DNA of 63,903 nucleotides, counting the filler, from Intoshia linei (Eukaryota > Animalia > Orthonectida), in the NCBI GenBank assembly GCA_001642005.1. It is 4 parts of 4 records of this genome, joined end to end, with 100 filler letters (N's around TTAATTAATTAA, not from the genome) between each part and the next. Parts side by side here need not be neighbours in the genome. Positions count along the whole stretch, not along the records: positions 25,977 to 54,400 come from LWCA01000435.1; 3 more parts are not named here. One strand, 5' to 3'. A program made the translations under genes and the position numbers. Position 1 is the first letter of the stretch. Every line of letters begins with the position of its first letter. Positions 26,300 through 40,165 of the stretch are shown here, in pieces. Under the pieces are notes generated by a model. It searched no databases. It saw only the letters and a list, made by a program, of their open reading frames with translations, and was not told where the DNA came from.

Positions 26300-27474
26300 A
26301 TAAGCACATTTCAGGTTTTACATATACACGTATTCATAAAATCAGTAGATTTCAGCCAATACGTATATACGTGGATTCAAAATATAAGAAAATTTTATTT
26401 AAAATTGAAAATTTACATTTTCAATCCAACTTTTATTGGCTTCATTGAGTTAAACGTTTTAAAGTGAACACGGCCTTTAAATTTGATGATGCCCTCATCG
26501 ATACTTAAATTTTCACTGGAAGAATATACTTGATGGCACAGTTCATTTATATAAGTTATTATTTTTGATGTTGTTTCAGGTATAATTCGTTTTTTATCTG
26601 ATTTTTCCATGGGTAAACAAGATATATTTGAATTTATTAGATTAAATTTTTCATATGACATGGTATCAATGACTTTGATTTGTTTGAAAATGGGTGAACT
26701 CCAAAATAGTTTAAATTGAGGTAATTTCATTATGCCCAATGGGCATAATAATGATAATAATAATAAATAATAATTATAATTTTAATGGGCATTGCTCATG
26801 TATATTAATAATGAAATATATTTCATAAACTCATCTCTTGTCACATATTCATATTTGGTTTTATTTACAAAATTATCTTTTCTGATTTTTTTTATTCTTG
26901 CATTTAGTTGATCAATAAAAAAATTGACTAATTCTTCCATAAAAAAGAGATGAAAATAATCATTTACAGAATGTAAAGGTTCTAATGTTTTTATTCTTTT
27001 GTTACCCATAAACTTAGGTACATTTATCGGTTTTATCTTTCGAGACCATCCATCTTCCAATAGTTCAATTGGTTCAGTTTCAGGTTTTATATTTGTTGTA
27101 TGTATATTAGATTAATTTTATTACCTATAATATCAATTATTTCCTCATCGCTTTCTGACAGTGGGTCGAATTTTAATATAGATTTTAAATAATTCATCAA
27201 AAAATTTGAAATTATGGTATAAAATTAACGATAATGGATCAAAAGTATATATCACTTAAAAGAATATTATAATTTCGCCTTGTAATTTTTACATCTGAGA
27301 AAAATTTATTGATTCAATTTAAAATTATTGCACTGATGAAATGTGACATTATTGCAATAATTGCATTTTATATGCATTGTGTAATTTATTATTTAATTTA
27401 TTATTCTTACTACAAATGTTCAAATAATTATTTTATATTTTTAAAAATTTATCCAAAATTCCTTTAAGGGCTAA
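26300..27474 (-). mobile_element. piggyBac-family transposase remnant with putative left terminus
   Basis: YFHLFF.EELV, VTRDEFMKYISLLIYM-GIMKLP..FWS, MSYEKF, LSIDEGIIKFKGR..KPIKVGLK (first catalytic D); terminus TTAG|CCCTTAAAGG on the minus strand at ~27470. Confidence 0.85.
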
Positions 27475-27956
27475 AATACATTTTTTATATATAATAAACT
27501 TTTTAACATTATCTTATTTTATATTTTTAATTAAAATTTTATTTATTGTATTACTTTAATAAAATTACTTGGATTTACAAATCATGTAGAACGCTAATAT
27601 CAAGCAATTAGTCAAGGTGAACATTGGATGGAACATTAAAACTGTAAATTAAATTGTATAACTGTATTACAATAAATATTTTTATACATAATTTTATATG
27701 TAAATAACTTAATCAATCAACACATACAAAATTTTGAATTTTATTAAAAAAGATAAGGTATATTTAGACTTAACGTATAACACGTTATAAGATTAGTTAA
27801 GTTATCAATAGGTGTGAATTAACTTGAAAAGTTATAAATTAAAAGTTAGTATCTTAGTGCAAAATTGAATTTGAGTTTTACAATTATGAGTTTGAGTTTT
27901 GAAATTTTGTGTTTGACTTTTGCAAAATTGAGTTATAAAAGGTAGTTTTATAATAA

Positions 27957-28475
27957 TCCTTTACTTATATAAAAATGAATGTATGTGTGTAACCATTTAT
28001 TGCAAAAATTAACAGTCGTAGGATTTAAAAGAACCCAATTTCTAATATAGTTTTCCCAAGACGTGTTTTTATCTATTTTTCAGTTACCAAATTTGACTCC
28101 TTCAGGGGCAAGAACCCAATTTTCCATTTTGTTTAAAAGAATCAACCCAAAAATTTAATAAAACATAATTTGGACAACATTCTGGACGCGTTTTAAAAGC
28201 ATTAACATTATCGTTAATCTCAGGCTCAAAAACGCATACCTTCATGGTCAAAACCCTAAATTACACTTTGTTTTTAAAATGAAACATGTCCTAAATTTTT
28301 TTAAACATAAATTCTGAAATAGTTTTTAAAATCATAAACATTATCATAAATGGAAACATCAAAAAAATAACTTTCTCGATCAAAAACCCATATTACCTTT
28401 TTTTTAAAAATTAAAACAGCCCTAGAGTTTTTAAAAAAATTATAGTTGATACAGTTATGTCCAGTTAGCACACAA
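27957..28475 (+). mobile_element. Helitron family 5' part (related subfamily; also 22295-22660, 36135-36560, and minus-strand copies at 14150-14296, 36600-36812, 48100-48290, 51550-51895)
   Basis: A|TCCTTTACTTATATAAAA followed by a TG tract; internal blocks shared between the listed loci. Confidence 0.8.
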
Positions 28476-29767
28476 ATAATTTAAATTAGATGAAAAGACG
28501 CCTTTATGGTCAAAAAATCATATTAATATTATTTTATATAAAAGATTATTGCATATTTTAAATCATTAAGTGAACTATTTTGGGTAACAAATATTTTTTA
28601 AATTTATAATTAAAAATGGTGAATCTAATAAAACTAAAAATTTCAATTATAAAATTATTTTTAAAAAAAAAAAGCAAAATTTACTATAGTCATGTTTTTT
28701 CAAGAATTTCTGGGATATTTTTTATAGTACAATCTACACGAAAAGACGCAAATACAATCCCGTGACACAAAATTATTTATCATCCAGATTTTTTTTTAAA
28801 TTAAGTTTTAATAATTAACAAATAGACAAAATTTGAAATCCACCATAAAGAATAATCATAACATGAATTTAATATTTATTGACGCTGCATTGTGGCTGCT
28901 TGATAGTAGATGATTAATAGCTTTGCCGATTATGACAACACAATTTATTTTAAACGTGTATGACGGAGTCATCAAACCATATCATTTCACAAAATATTGA
29001 AAAAAATTGACATCGCCCCAGATTAACAACGAAATGATAAAGGCTTTGCTATACGTTGATATTAATCATTTATGTTCGAAATAGTTCATAATATAGTTTT
29101 TTGCAAATTTTTAAAGATAATAAAATTTAATTTGATAATATACGCCACATTAATGAAACTTAATCAATAATGTCAATCTGCTAAGTTAGAAACAAAGCGA
29201 TACATCAAATGTTTTCTTGATCTAGTCAGATATAATAAAAACATATGATGCAACCAAATAAAGTTTATTTTACAGATTAAATATATTAAGAAACTTTAAT
29301 TTTTAAGGTCATACAATGTATTAAAATTCATATATAAAGGTTATCATGATTTTACAACGTATTTAAGATATGCGTATGACTAACTTTACAAGTTCATCGT
29401 TGGTTAATGTTCATCTTTATCATTTTGTTTCTGTATTGATTAAAAAAATTTAATTTGATGATTCATCCAATTCAACTCTATCGAATCGCTTTACCAATAT
29501 CTCCATAATGCCAAATGAACGAGGTAAATTATACCTCTCTACATTTTTTAAATTTACATTCCAAAAATATCGAAGAATACATTAAATCCAGCTAATCATC
29601 CAGGTCAATGCGCTATCAGTTTACAATGTAATGTAGTTGTCAAAGCAGTTAATGAAAATAAAATTTTTGTTTTTAAATATATTCTTATTTAACGTGTGAT
29701 TTCAAAGAACTATGTTGATATTGTGCTATTAAATTTTTCTATATATTTCTTTCTAAAACTCGTAAAA

Positions 29768-32626
29768 ATGCATTCGATGAACCACGAAGCAATGGTAGAC
29801 CATGTTATGAAGGTAATTTGTATTAATATATACGTTTACAATGTCACCTCGTGACTATACTATGGTAATCAGATGCAGTACCCTTTCGAATCAAATAATT
29901 CAATGTAAATATAATTAATATATGTTAATAAAAAAGATTTTTGAAAAAAACTAAAAATAATGATTGGCAAGAGTCTTTCTTATACATAGATATGTACAAT
30001 AGATTCATATTGTCAATTACTAGCTTGCCTGTTATGTAATTTGTATAGAAGGCAGCTACCTCTGTCGAGCCCCCACTTTTTAATTTTAGTACCGATTTTC
30101 TAATTGATTATAGAAAACGAGTGTTTAATCTTAAAAACAATCCAATTATAGTTACAACTAGTGATGTGAGTATTCCTAAATTTTTAAAGATCCCGATTCG
30201 ATTCTTAAAAAAACACAATTTCGATTCCGATGTGATTCTAAATTCTTTTGAATCATACTATTTTTTTACGTTGTATTTGTTTTAAATAAACTTTTGTGTT
30301 TCTAGAGTTTTAAATTATTTATCTCACCAACTTTTTTTAAATCCCAATGGCGAGTTATAGAGAGAATACAGTATTTAAATTTGGATTAATAAATCACCAA
30401 TCCACAAGTTTTTTATAATTTATATATCATCGTGATCACCCTCAAACCAAGTGCGTCAATTTGTAAAGTTAGATTTTCAACGTGAATTTATTTTTTTGGT
30501 CGAATAAAAATGTGCCCTTGGCAGAGCTAGGTGTTTATTGTATGTAGTGAATAACAGTCAATCTAGTTACTTTATATAAGTAAGGATAGGAAAAACATAT
30601 TGTCAATTTTTTTAATATTTTAATTTTTAACCTATTCTATTTTTTGTCCCTTACTCCTTTAACATTTATATTTTACATCTTAAAGGACAAAAAAAAATTG
30701 ACAAAACACCGTTACAATTATTCCTAACTCATTTCTAATATTTTTATATTTATTAAGATTTTATAATTTAGATGTATTTTCACGGTGGAATAAAAGATAC
30801 TATCCTATTCTATAGCTGGACGAGCAAAAACAATTTTTGTAAAATTAATATTTAATTAACATTGTACATAATTGTACATTGGGGCCAACTTTTTTCTGAA
30901 ACTTTGAGATTTATTAAAAATATGACATTACATTGTACGCAGAGCCGTTTTAAGGCATTGGCAATATGGGCTGTACTCCAGGGCCACTCATTAAAAAAGG
31001 CCCCAAATTAATAAAAGTACTTTACATGTACTCTCCTTAATGTCAATTGAGAATGATATTTTGAATGATATCAGTTTTGATAATATCATATCTGATTTCT
31101 TTCAGAAAAAAGTGAGAAAATAACATTTTGAAGAATTGTCAAATTTTTTTGAAAAGAATTTTTTGTAACTGCATGGTGCATATTTTCAAATGAAAAATTA
31201 ATTTTTGTTCATTAATTAATTTGTAAGTTGTTTTAAAAGAAATAAAATTTACTGAAAACCTACATATCTTTTAATGCTTATATTAATACTTAATGAAATA
31301 AGACTCTAAGTCTCCAACAAACAGTATGTCTTGTCTTTTAAAAAGGGGCCCTAAATTTTTTTTATCGCTTCACTCAAAACTTTAAAAGGCCTCTGGCCCT
31401 TTGCTTAGCCCAGAGCCGCGAAGTGGATTAAGACGGCTCTAATTGTACGATGTGCATTTTTTTGATTTTTCAGGGATTTTTTTCTGTCTAATATGGTGAA
31501 TCACCATTGACGATACTAATGATTTTTGCTAACGTAAAATTTAAATCGAACATGAAAAGAATCGAGTTGTGTTATGCCTATAAAAAACCATTTTTTCATC
31601 ACATTATACTAGCCTACTTGGTTCAAATAATTATATTAAATTATAATTTAGTCAAATGGGTTTTTCACTTTATATTGGTTAAACTTTGTTTATAAGTAAA
31701 TTTGTAAAATCTTCAAATGATGTATAAATCGAATTTTACTAAACTTGCAATGATTCACTTCAAAATTTACCATATATTTAGATTTTTTTCTCTCTTGCAT
31801 ATTTGTAATTATAATTACATTTATTTATGAAGGACTCAAACATTTAAAAAGATTGGTTCAATTGCGACACTTTAAATTTTTACAGCAACATTCAATATCA
31901 AATATGTAAAATTTCATACTTTTCCAATTTGTTTATTTATATTTTTTATTATTTACATTGTAAATTATCAACGTGGTTTCTGTGGACCCTAGGGTCACAG
32001 AAAAATAATAAAGGATATTGTAAACTGTTAAGCTAAAATGGTTGGGTAAAAAACATTTTTACAAGATATTAATTAATGATTCAAATTTAAATGTTGAGAT
32101 ATTGAATGTATTCGAGAAGAGGAATCTAGAGTTAATTCAATTGATAACCAAATATTCAATCTCCCTTAAAAAAACCAAGTGAAACCAATGTAGATACTTG
32201 TCATCTAATCTACTTGCTGACATTTTTTTAAATGTAAAAACCTTAATTTATGCTTATTAAAATTTTTAGACAAATTGAACAAGATTGTTTTAATGAACAA
32301 AATTGGTAATTTATAAAATTTTAGTTTCTTAATTATATTATAATGTTATAGTACTACTGCCAAAACCTATAGGTACTTTAATTTGTTTATATGCAATTAT
32401 ATTATATATTATATATTTTTATAGAATCAAACATCTTTCCTTGTCACATGTCCTTTCCACAGGATTAACAATTATTACTACAATATTAAGTTATGTTGTA
32501 ATGTTACTATTTATGACATTTAATATTTGGATCTGTTTATGTATTGTAATTGGTCATGTGTTTGGGTTTTTTTTGTTCAACACATTAAAACCAAATGCTG
32601 AGTGCGCTGAAGAACATTGCACTTGA
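29768..32626 (+). CDS. CTR1: Ctr/SLC31-family copper transporter
   Basis: Met/His-rich N-terminus MHSMNHEAMVDHVMK-MYFHGG..ILFYSW; TM1 ..FIYEGLK; TM2 SYVVMLLFMTFN (MxxxM); TM3 GHVFG (GxxxG); C-terminus EEHCT; stop TGA. Confidence 0.92.
30940..31441 (+). mobile_element. hAT MITE, CAGAGCCGT family, copy 2 (Ctr intron), with transposase C-terminal relic
   Basis: TSD ATTGTACG on both sides; internal LSLMSIENDILNDISFDNIISDFFQKKVRK. Confidence 0.9.
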
Positions 32627-35600
32627 TGTTTAATAAACGTTAATTTATAATTTTCAATTTATATGTCGTTTTTGAGTCTTTCTTTGTATTTTTTAATAAA
32701 TAATTGTGCTAAATCGATTTTGATGCGGTTTGTTAGGTTTGTACAGTATTACACACTTTTATTATTAATTATTTATTATATTATTATTATTATTACACAC
32801 AGATATGAAACCACTTTAATATATATTTCATTATTTTTATTATTTAAAATTAATTAATTTTTTATATAGCTAACTTTAAACAGAGCATGAGATTAAAATG
32901 TTTCAGTTTTCCAGAATTTCGTATTCCTACAATATTGGAACATTTCATAGTTTTATCGATTTTGAAGTTCTTTTTGATCCGAGATTTTCTTCTAATGTTG
33001 GTAAAATCACTATTAAAAAAAATAAAAAATGGGAATTTCTCTTAGAGCAGTAGTTCCCGTTTGGGGTCCAAAACTATAAACCTTGGATCCGTGAGATTTA
33101 AATAAAATTTTTAATATTTATTACAGAGTTGCCAAATGTGAATTTACTTTAGACGCGTGCTACATTATTATTTCAAAAATCCCACTTTTATCCCATCATC
33201 AGGTATGGTATATCTTCGCACAAATATTGACTGTTAACTTTTTGAGGATACATCATGAATAATATCAATAAATTATAAAATCGCATAAGCCAAATTTGAA
33301 TATTAAAAACCTGATTTATTATTTATGAGAAAATGCCTCCAGACCATTACAGACCCGCCTCCGCTTTGCTGTGTACAGTAAACTTCTTTCTCCCTTTTCA
33401 AATTATGCCAATAAAACTGGAATCCATCAGGACCGTCTAAATTGAACTTTTTTAAACGTCAGAGAATATGACAGAATTCCAATTTTAACTCAAATCAACA
33501 TATATCTCGCCCAAAAAAAATGCTAATTTAATTATAAGCTTTTCAAAAATGAAATAGTAGATAGACATATTTATTATAATTTTATAAAAATTCTCACAGC
33601 GCCCTTAGCCCCTTTAAATATTTCATCGCCCCAAAGTAGGCGATAGTTATTTTATCTAATCTCATTTTAAAATAACGAATATTCTTTAAAGGGTTAAAGT
33701 TTAATAGATTACATCGCAACGAGTCCAATTGGTCAGAGTGTGACATGCTTACTAACCCCTACTTAAGGAATAACTTTAAAACAATGTTCAATGGACATTG
33801 CTCATAAACATCAATAACATTAAATATTTATATATCATACAAGTTGAATTACAAATCTATTACCGGATTACCTACAAATTAAATCTAACTCTTTTTTTCA
33901 CTGTGAACGGAACAATTTTATTATTCTTTAAATGTTTTCTTTTTTTATATTTTGATTTTTTATACTGCTTTATCACATTATCGACATCTTTATTTATGAT
34001 CACTAAAATCAGGATAATTATAACTATAAAGAATATGATGATAATGTAAATTCCATATTTAGCTTCATTAATGTTGAGCAACATTTTCATTTGAAATGAT
34101 AATAATTCTAAATATATATTACCAAAGTTTAGTGCTTAATTAAATTTAAAAAAAGCCAACATTTTAATTTATAACAGTGCTTCCCAAACTTATTTTGTAT
34201 ATCTTCAAATTTTCGATCGTATATTCTGTCAGATCCAACGAAATAAATTTATTCCTTTTAAAAGATTAAAATGCATTTATATCAACATAATTAAATTAAG
34301 AATTATTTAATGTAAAGTAAACTTAATAAAATGACTTAACATCCTTACTTATAAAATTACATGTATAAAATTATTTACAATTAATTAATAAATTCTTTTG
34401 TTTATATTTTAAATTTTACCGGACAGAATCTTAAAATTTTGGTAGTTGCGTCCGAGATACTTTGTTATCATACAAGAAAAATAAAACCTCGGGTCATGTC
34501 GGTTTTTTGCTGTTATCATCTAAAAAATTACATTTTTGAGTGAAATAATATAGAGCATCACTGAATTAATATATTTTTATCGTTGATAATATTTTAAAAG
34601 ATTCAACGATAAATATCGTTATAAATGATTAATTTTTTTATATTATTAGAAAATATGCTCTCCTAATATAAATATAAATTTAAAATACACGACACAAATG
34701 TCTAATTTTTTGAGTATTAGTGTTTTATATACATAATTTTTTTCATTATACACAAAAATTTCCAGGGATGTCGAAAAAAGTTGAAAATTGTTGGATAGTG
34801 TAATTGATACAAAATTGATATTTTTTACTCATCGAAAGCAGATACTGATATATTGTTTTTAAAAATCTTAACAAAATAAAATTAACGTGGAATAATTCAT
34901 TTTAAATTAACAGGTAATGTAATATGACGGGTCCACGTGAAACAAGTTTGGGAACCACTCATTTAAAGAATTGGTAATAGTGGATAGTAAATTTTCTTAT
35001 TGAATTTATTTTTTTTGGTAAAATTAAAAATGTGTGCACTCGGCAGAGCTAGGTGCTGGTTGTACGTAGTACAAAACAGTCAATCTAATTAAGTATATAA
35101 ATAATACATTAATTTAATTATTCTCAAATATCATAAGATTTTTTGATTCACTTCTTCATTCAATCAATCCAAGAAGTTCTTATATATTCTCACCGCCATC
35201 TTGACTCGATATCGCCGACTTTAAGAAGCACTGATTTACATTAATAACCATTTTTATGTAAATTAAATAATTTACCGACACAATTTAATAAGGGAGGATT
35301 TCAGTCTCCAGTCAAAGTACAGGTGCTAGTTCGAATAAATTCGTTGATAGGTTGAGGAAGGATATTCCGTATAGTTTCAAATTTGTACTTTTGAACACAA
35401 TAATAAGAAATCACTGAAGTTGAAGTGTTGTTTGTTGAATTATATTTTATTGTTTTGTACCAATGTGGCATTACGGAACATTTAATTGCTAAATTGTTTA
35501 AAAGCTGTAAATATACAAATAGACGCAGAAATTAACCAACTCAATTTTTTATAAGTTAACTACCAATCTAAAATACAATGAAATCCTATTTTAATGGATC

Positions 35601-35949
35601 CTGCCTAAATGAGGTAGTGGTTTTGATTTTTTTTTTATTTTAAAATTAAATTACGTTTGCAACTAAACTCGTTGAGATTACTTTTAGTAAAATGTAAGTA
35701 TCGAGTTACATCGAACCACAGTGCATTTTTCCCTTTAATTGGTATGCATTTAAAATTGATTTTGTTAAATTTCTTTGAATACACATAACCAATTTCACAA
35801 TTATAGGTATGCGTATCATTTATTCTTCCGATAGGCAAATCAATAAAATCTCCAATTCTTGTGTGATTACAAATAATTTCTAAAATTTACAACTTGATAA
35901 AGACTTTATTAATGGGGTTTAACAAATAATCATTTTACGTCATGTAAAC

Positions 35950-36893
35950 TAGACATTCACAACGGGGTTCACAGCAGTTTTTGGGGTCCATGAAAAATTA
36001 TTTAGAGAAGTGACAAATAATATTTCGGCAATGATAATTATTTCTAATTAACACCATCTAATTTAATATCTTTTTTCCATTAAGACTAAATTTACGTGAA
36101 TATGTTAAATACTCCGTAAAAACAATAATTATATATCTTTTACTTATATAAAATTGACAGTTACAGAATTTAAAAAATCCAATTTATAATAGAATATTTC
36201 CCAGGGCGTGTTTATATATATTTTTCAATTTCCGAATTTGAGTCCTTCAAGGTAAAAACCCAATTTTCCATTTAGTTTAAAAAGAAAATCAGTCTAAAAA
36301 TAAAAAAAAACAAACATTTTAATAAAGATTCTGAGACGTCTTTTACAATCATTAACATTGTCGTAAATCTCAGCCTTAGAAATGCATACATTAATTGTCA
36401 AACCCCAAATTCCCCCTGTTGAAAAAATGAAGAATTTTTTAAAATTTTATAAAAAATAAATTATGGGAAAGTTTTTAAAATCATAAGCATTATAATAAAT
36501 AGCAACCTAAAAAATTACATTTTCACGACCAAAACCCCAGATTGCCCTTATTTTAAAATTTAATGAATCAGTAATGATAAAGTAAATGTAAAGGTAATGA
36601 TTTTCAAATGCGTCCGAAAATATGCGTTTTTTAATTTTGAGCTTGGTTTTATTTTTAAAATAAGCTGAAATTGGGTTTTTTACTTTGAAGGATTCAATTT
36701 CAAAAAATGAAATTGCAATTTTTCATCACTATTGAAAAACAGTATTACCTATTGGTGGTTTTTTAAATAAACGGTAACACACACACATACAATTTTATAT
36801 AAGTGAAGGATGTAATGTTTAATTTTTTGGGTCCACAGGTTATTTCAATGCTATTTTAGGGGGCCACAGTGAAAAAATGGTTGAGAATGTCCG
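35950..36893. mobile_element. hAT Buster-type MITE containing two Helitron 5' segments
   Basis: Ends TAGACATTCACAAC / GTTGAGAATGTCCG; perfect TSD ATGTAAAC (35942-35949, 36894-36901). Confidence 0.85.
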
Positions 36894-37821
36894 ATGTAAA
36901 CGATGGAATTTCTACCATAAGTTATGATTAAAATACAAAATTTGAATATAAAAAATACAAATTGGTTGTAAACATTTTAAAGATATACCGTGACACATTA
37001 TCTTATTTGATAAATTGAAACCGCCCATTTCGTTGCATTGTGTTTTGTATTGAATATCTTGTTAATACACATCGTGTATATTTAATCGATAACCATTTTT
37101 ACAATTTAATAAAATCAAACTTCCATACATATAGTTTTGTTTAACTGTTTCAAAGTGTAGCCACATATATACGCTATTTAATGATCCTATGTCGCATTCA
37201 ACTGCTAAATATATTAATTTTATTCATTTCAGTCAATGTCATAACATTAACGGTACCCAATGGGTGAACTTAAATTACATGTGTGCGCTAGACAGGGCCG
37301 TGGACAGGGTGGGCTATGACGGCCATATGACCGGACATACAATCATGTGAGGCCTAATATTTTAAGTTACAATAAAAATAGTTAATTTATAATTTTAAAA
37401 TCCGTATCAGCGTATATATTTTTTTAAATTCTCCAACTTGTTTAATTTTCAAAAAAAAGGACAATTGGGGTTTTTGACCCGTAAGATGTGAGTTTGGGAG
37501 GTTGAAATTTATCTTATTATATATCCCGGGAAAAAATTGTAATTGAAATGTAAACTTTATAAAATTCTAAGACTGGTAGTTATTGAAAAAAACGGGAACA
37601 CACAGACACACAAACAAATATTAATAATTATATTATAATAGTAAGGATAAATTTAGATATTATTAAATGTAAATTTATTCTATTGTGTTTATTCACTTTA
37701 GTTTATATAACAAATGTACCAAATTATGTCACAAAAATCAACAATTTATGTTATTTTAATATTAATAGTAATAAAATCTAATAATAAAATTTGGTTAATC
37801 TATATTTTTGAGTGTTGTACC

Positions 37822-38257
37822 CAGAGCCGTTTTAAGGTATGGGCAATATGGGCTGTAGCCCAGGGCCACTCATTAAAATAGGTCCCAAAATTAATAAAAG
37901 TACTGTACATTTATATCTTAAAAAGAGGCCCCAATTTATTAAAAAATATTTCACATTTATATCTTCGGAAATAGTTATAAGTTTTGAAGTGTGAGAATTC
38001 AAATAGGTAGAAACAAAATAGTTTAAATAATCAAAGTTCTGGTAAATATTCAATTTAAAATATATTCTACAATGTTCACCACATAATATTGACATAAAAA
38101 CTGTTTCAAATGATAATATTAAACATTAAAACCTTTCTATTAAGTGAATATTTAAAAAAGAAAATAGGAAATCTTTGATTTTCTATTATTAATTTTCAAA
38201 AAAGGCCTCCGGTCCTTTGCTTAGCCCAAGGCCACGAAGTGGCTTAAGACGGCTCTG
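37822..38257 (+). mobile_element. hAT MITE, CAGAGCCGT family, copy 3
   Basis: Same TIRs as copies 1 and 2; perfect TSD GTTGTACC. Confidence 0.92.
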
Positions 38258-39355
38258 GTTGTACCGTTTTATCAATTAATATTATATATAATAATATATA
38301 TGTATCAAATGCATACAATAGCACATGTAATATTCCGACATCTGAAATTCTATGAGATCATACATTTCACTTAAAATCATCCATTTAGAAGTTGAATCAC
38401 ATATTAAAATAATATTATCTTTGTACATGCTTTCACATCCATCCAAACTAGTAATTTTCAAATATGTATCCACTGACCTGGACCTGACCTGGTAACGCAT
38501 TCCCGGTGAAAAATAATTTTTAATATATTATCAACCAATATTTTTCAAATATTTCGAATTAAAATAAAAATGAAAAATGTAAATATTAATCCTACAATTT
38601 CAAAAAAAATGTGTATTGTACGTCTACAGATTTCCAATAAAGACATATGAGTGAAAATCTATATAATTCATTCCTTCGGAAGTTTTTTCATTGCTACGCA
38701 ATTTTTAAATTTCAAATTTTTATTTTCATGTCAACTATACTTGTTACAAATTTAACATAAAATGGTAAAAAGAAAAGTAACATTCACAAGAAAAAAGGCC
38801 AAATGGACAAATTTTTAACATCAATCAATAAGTAATCAGTAATCATAATAATAATCAGTAATAATAATATTTATTATAAACATTAAATATACCTTGCTGG
38901 CAAATGGGACCAACAAACAAATAGTTACATTGACATGATGCTAAAGTAGTATAATTCTGAAATGAAGTGATGCAAATCCCTTTATTTAAACACATTTTTT
39001 TACAGCCTAAATTGAAATAAATGTGTATCTAATCATTTTTTATATCTACATCTATAAAACATNGAAGACACACACAAACAAATATTGCGTAGCATATTAT
39101 ATAAGTAAGGAATATAATTAATAATATTATATAGTAGATAATAAAATATAGATAATAGATATATAAATACAATCTGTATATAATATTTAAATTTTTGTAT
39201 AAAAATATAGAACTCAGTTCGATCTGATAACACTGGCCTAGAATGAACAATGTTCATTGAACATACATAGTAAATATAATTACTCTTAACCAAAAAGTAA
39301 CAAATAATGAATTTTTTGGTTTAGATTAGTTTAAAATTATGTAAATTATGTTTAC

Positions 39356-40117
39356 GTTTTTTCGAATGTATGGGTATTTGTACAAAATGACATTTCCAAA
39401 GTCGTCTCCAGTCGCCAGAAGCGATTCATTGCTTTCTTGGCATTTTATAACATCGCATGTGTTTATATCACTTCCATCAATGCCTTCCTTCCAAATACCT
39501 ACCCAAATGTTATATGAACAATAGAATAATTGCACGTACCAGATACGTTAAATTCAATTGTACAATATTTTGTGGCCCATTTTTCATTTGAATATTGACT
39601 CCTGTTGACTTCTTGTTGTTTTGTTTTAATATTCCCTATACATCATTGATGTGAAAATATATAATTACAAAATAACAGGTCGTTGGAAGCGGAATTTGAT
39701 CGCATAAAATTTCCATTTCTAGTAAAATCAATATGCTTTACGAAACTTGAATGCCCCTAAAATGGATACCTTTTAGTTCTAAATAAAAAGTAATTATCAC
39801 CTTAAAGACATGGTATAATGATAGTAATTCTTCAGATTCAAAAACGTTGAATATATAAATATAATTGTCTCCACCACCAACTCCCAGGTATTTCTTGTCT
39901 AAATCAATGATATTGTAAATAAATAAAAACACATTTCACTGATGATTATGATTTAAAATTTACCTTCAGTCATTGTTATGCATGACAAATATTCTTTTGA
40001 TATTTTTTTTGAGTACAAACATATTAATTCTTCTTTATTATAAATTTCTAACGTTCCACATTTCGATCCAATGTAAATATTTCCATTGGTTGACATATAA
40101 CAGCTCATGATAGTAAC
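39356..40117 (-). CDS. Echinoderm microtubule-associated protein-like (EML/EMAP) WD40 fragment, five open exons, both ends missing
   Basis: YLGVGGGDNYIYIF; GHSSFVKHIDF..MRSNS..LLFW; KWATKYC..GIWKEGIDGSDIN; LLATGDDFGNVILYKYP are EML C-terminal blade signatures. Confidence 0.85.
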
Positions 40118-40165
40118 CTATCAATTTAATATTACAATTTTTTAAATATAAAAGGTGATATATAC

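Larger units (their letters stand above)
33872..39006 (-). pseudogene. EGF + 3-4 sushi/CCP domains + TM membrane protein gene with in-frame stops
   Basis: EGF exon 38893-39006 (CKKMCLNKGIC..CQCNYLFVGPIC); sushi exons ~38320-38475, 36990-37204, 35655-35879, 35276-35489; probable TM exon 33872-34107. In-frame TAA at 37062-37064 and TGA at 35301-35303. Confidence 0.7.

Noticed and set aside
29455-29640. Possible extra exon upstream of Ctr (..MPNER|gt)
   Set aside because: No recognisable product or supported splice partner.
35301-35303. UGA=Trp genetic code reassignment
   Set aside because: TGA terminates the Ctr, EARS2 and receptor genes, conserved Trp elsewhere is TGG, and the same gene also has an in-frame TAA.
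39006-39356. EML-EGF/sushi fusion gene
   Set aside because: The EML exon ends in phase 0 and the EGF exon starts in phase 1; direct splicing hits a stop within seven codons.
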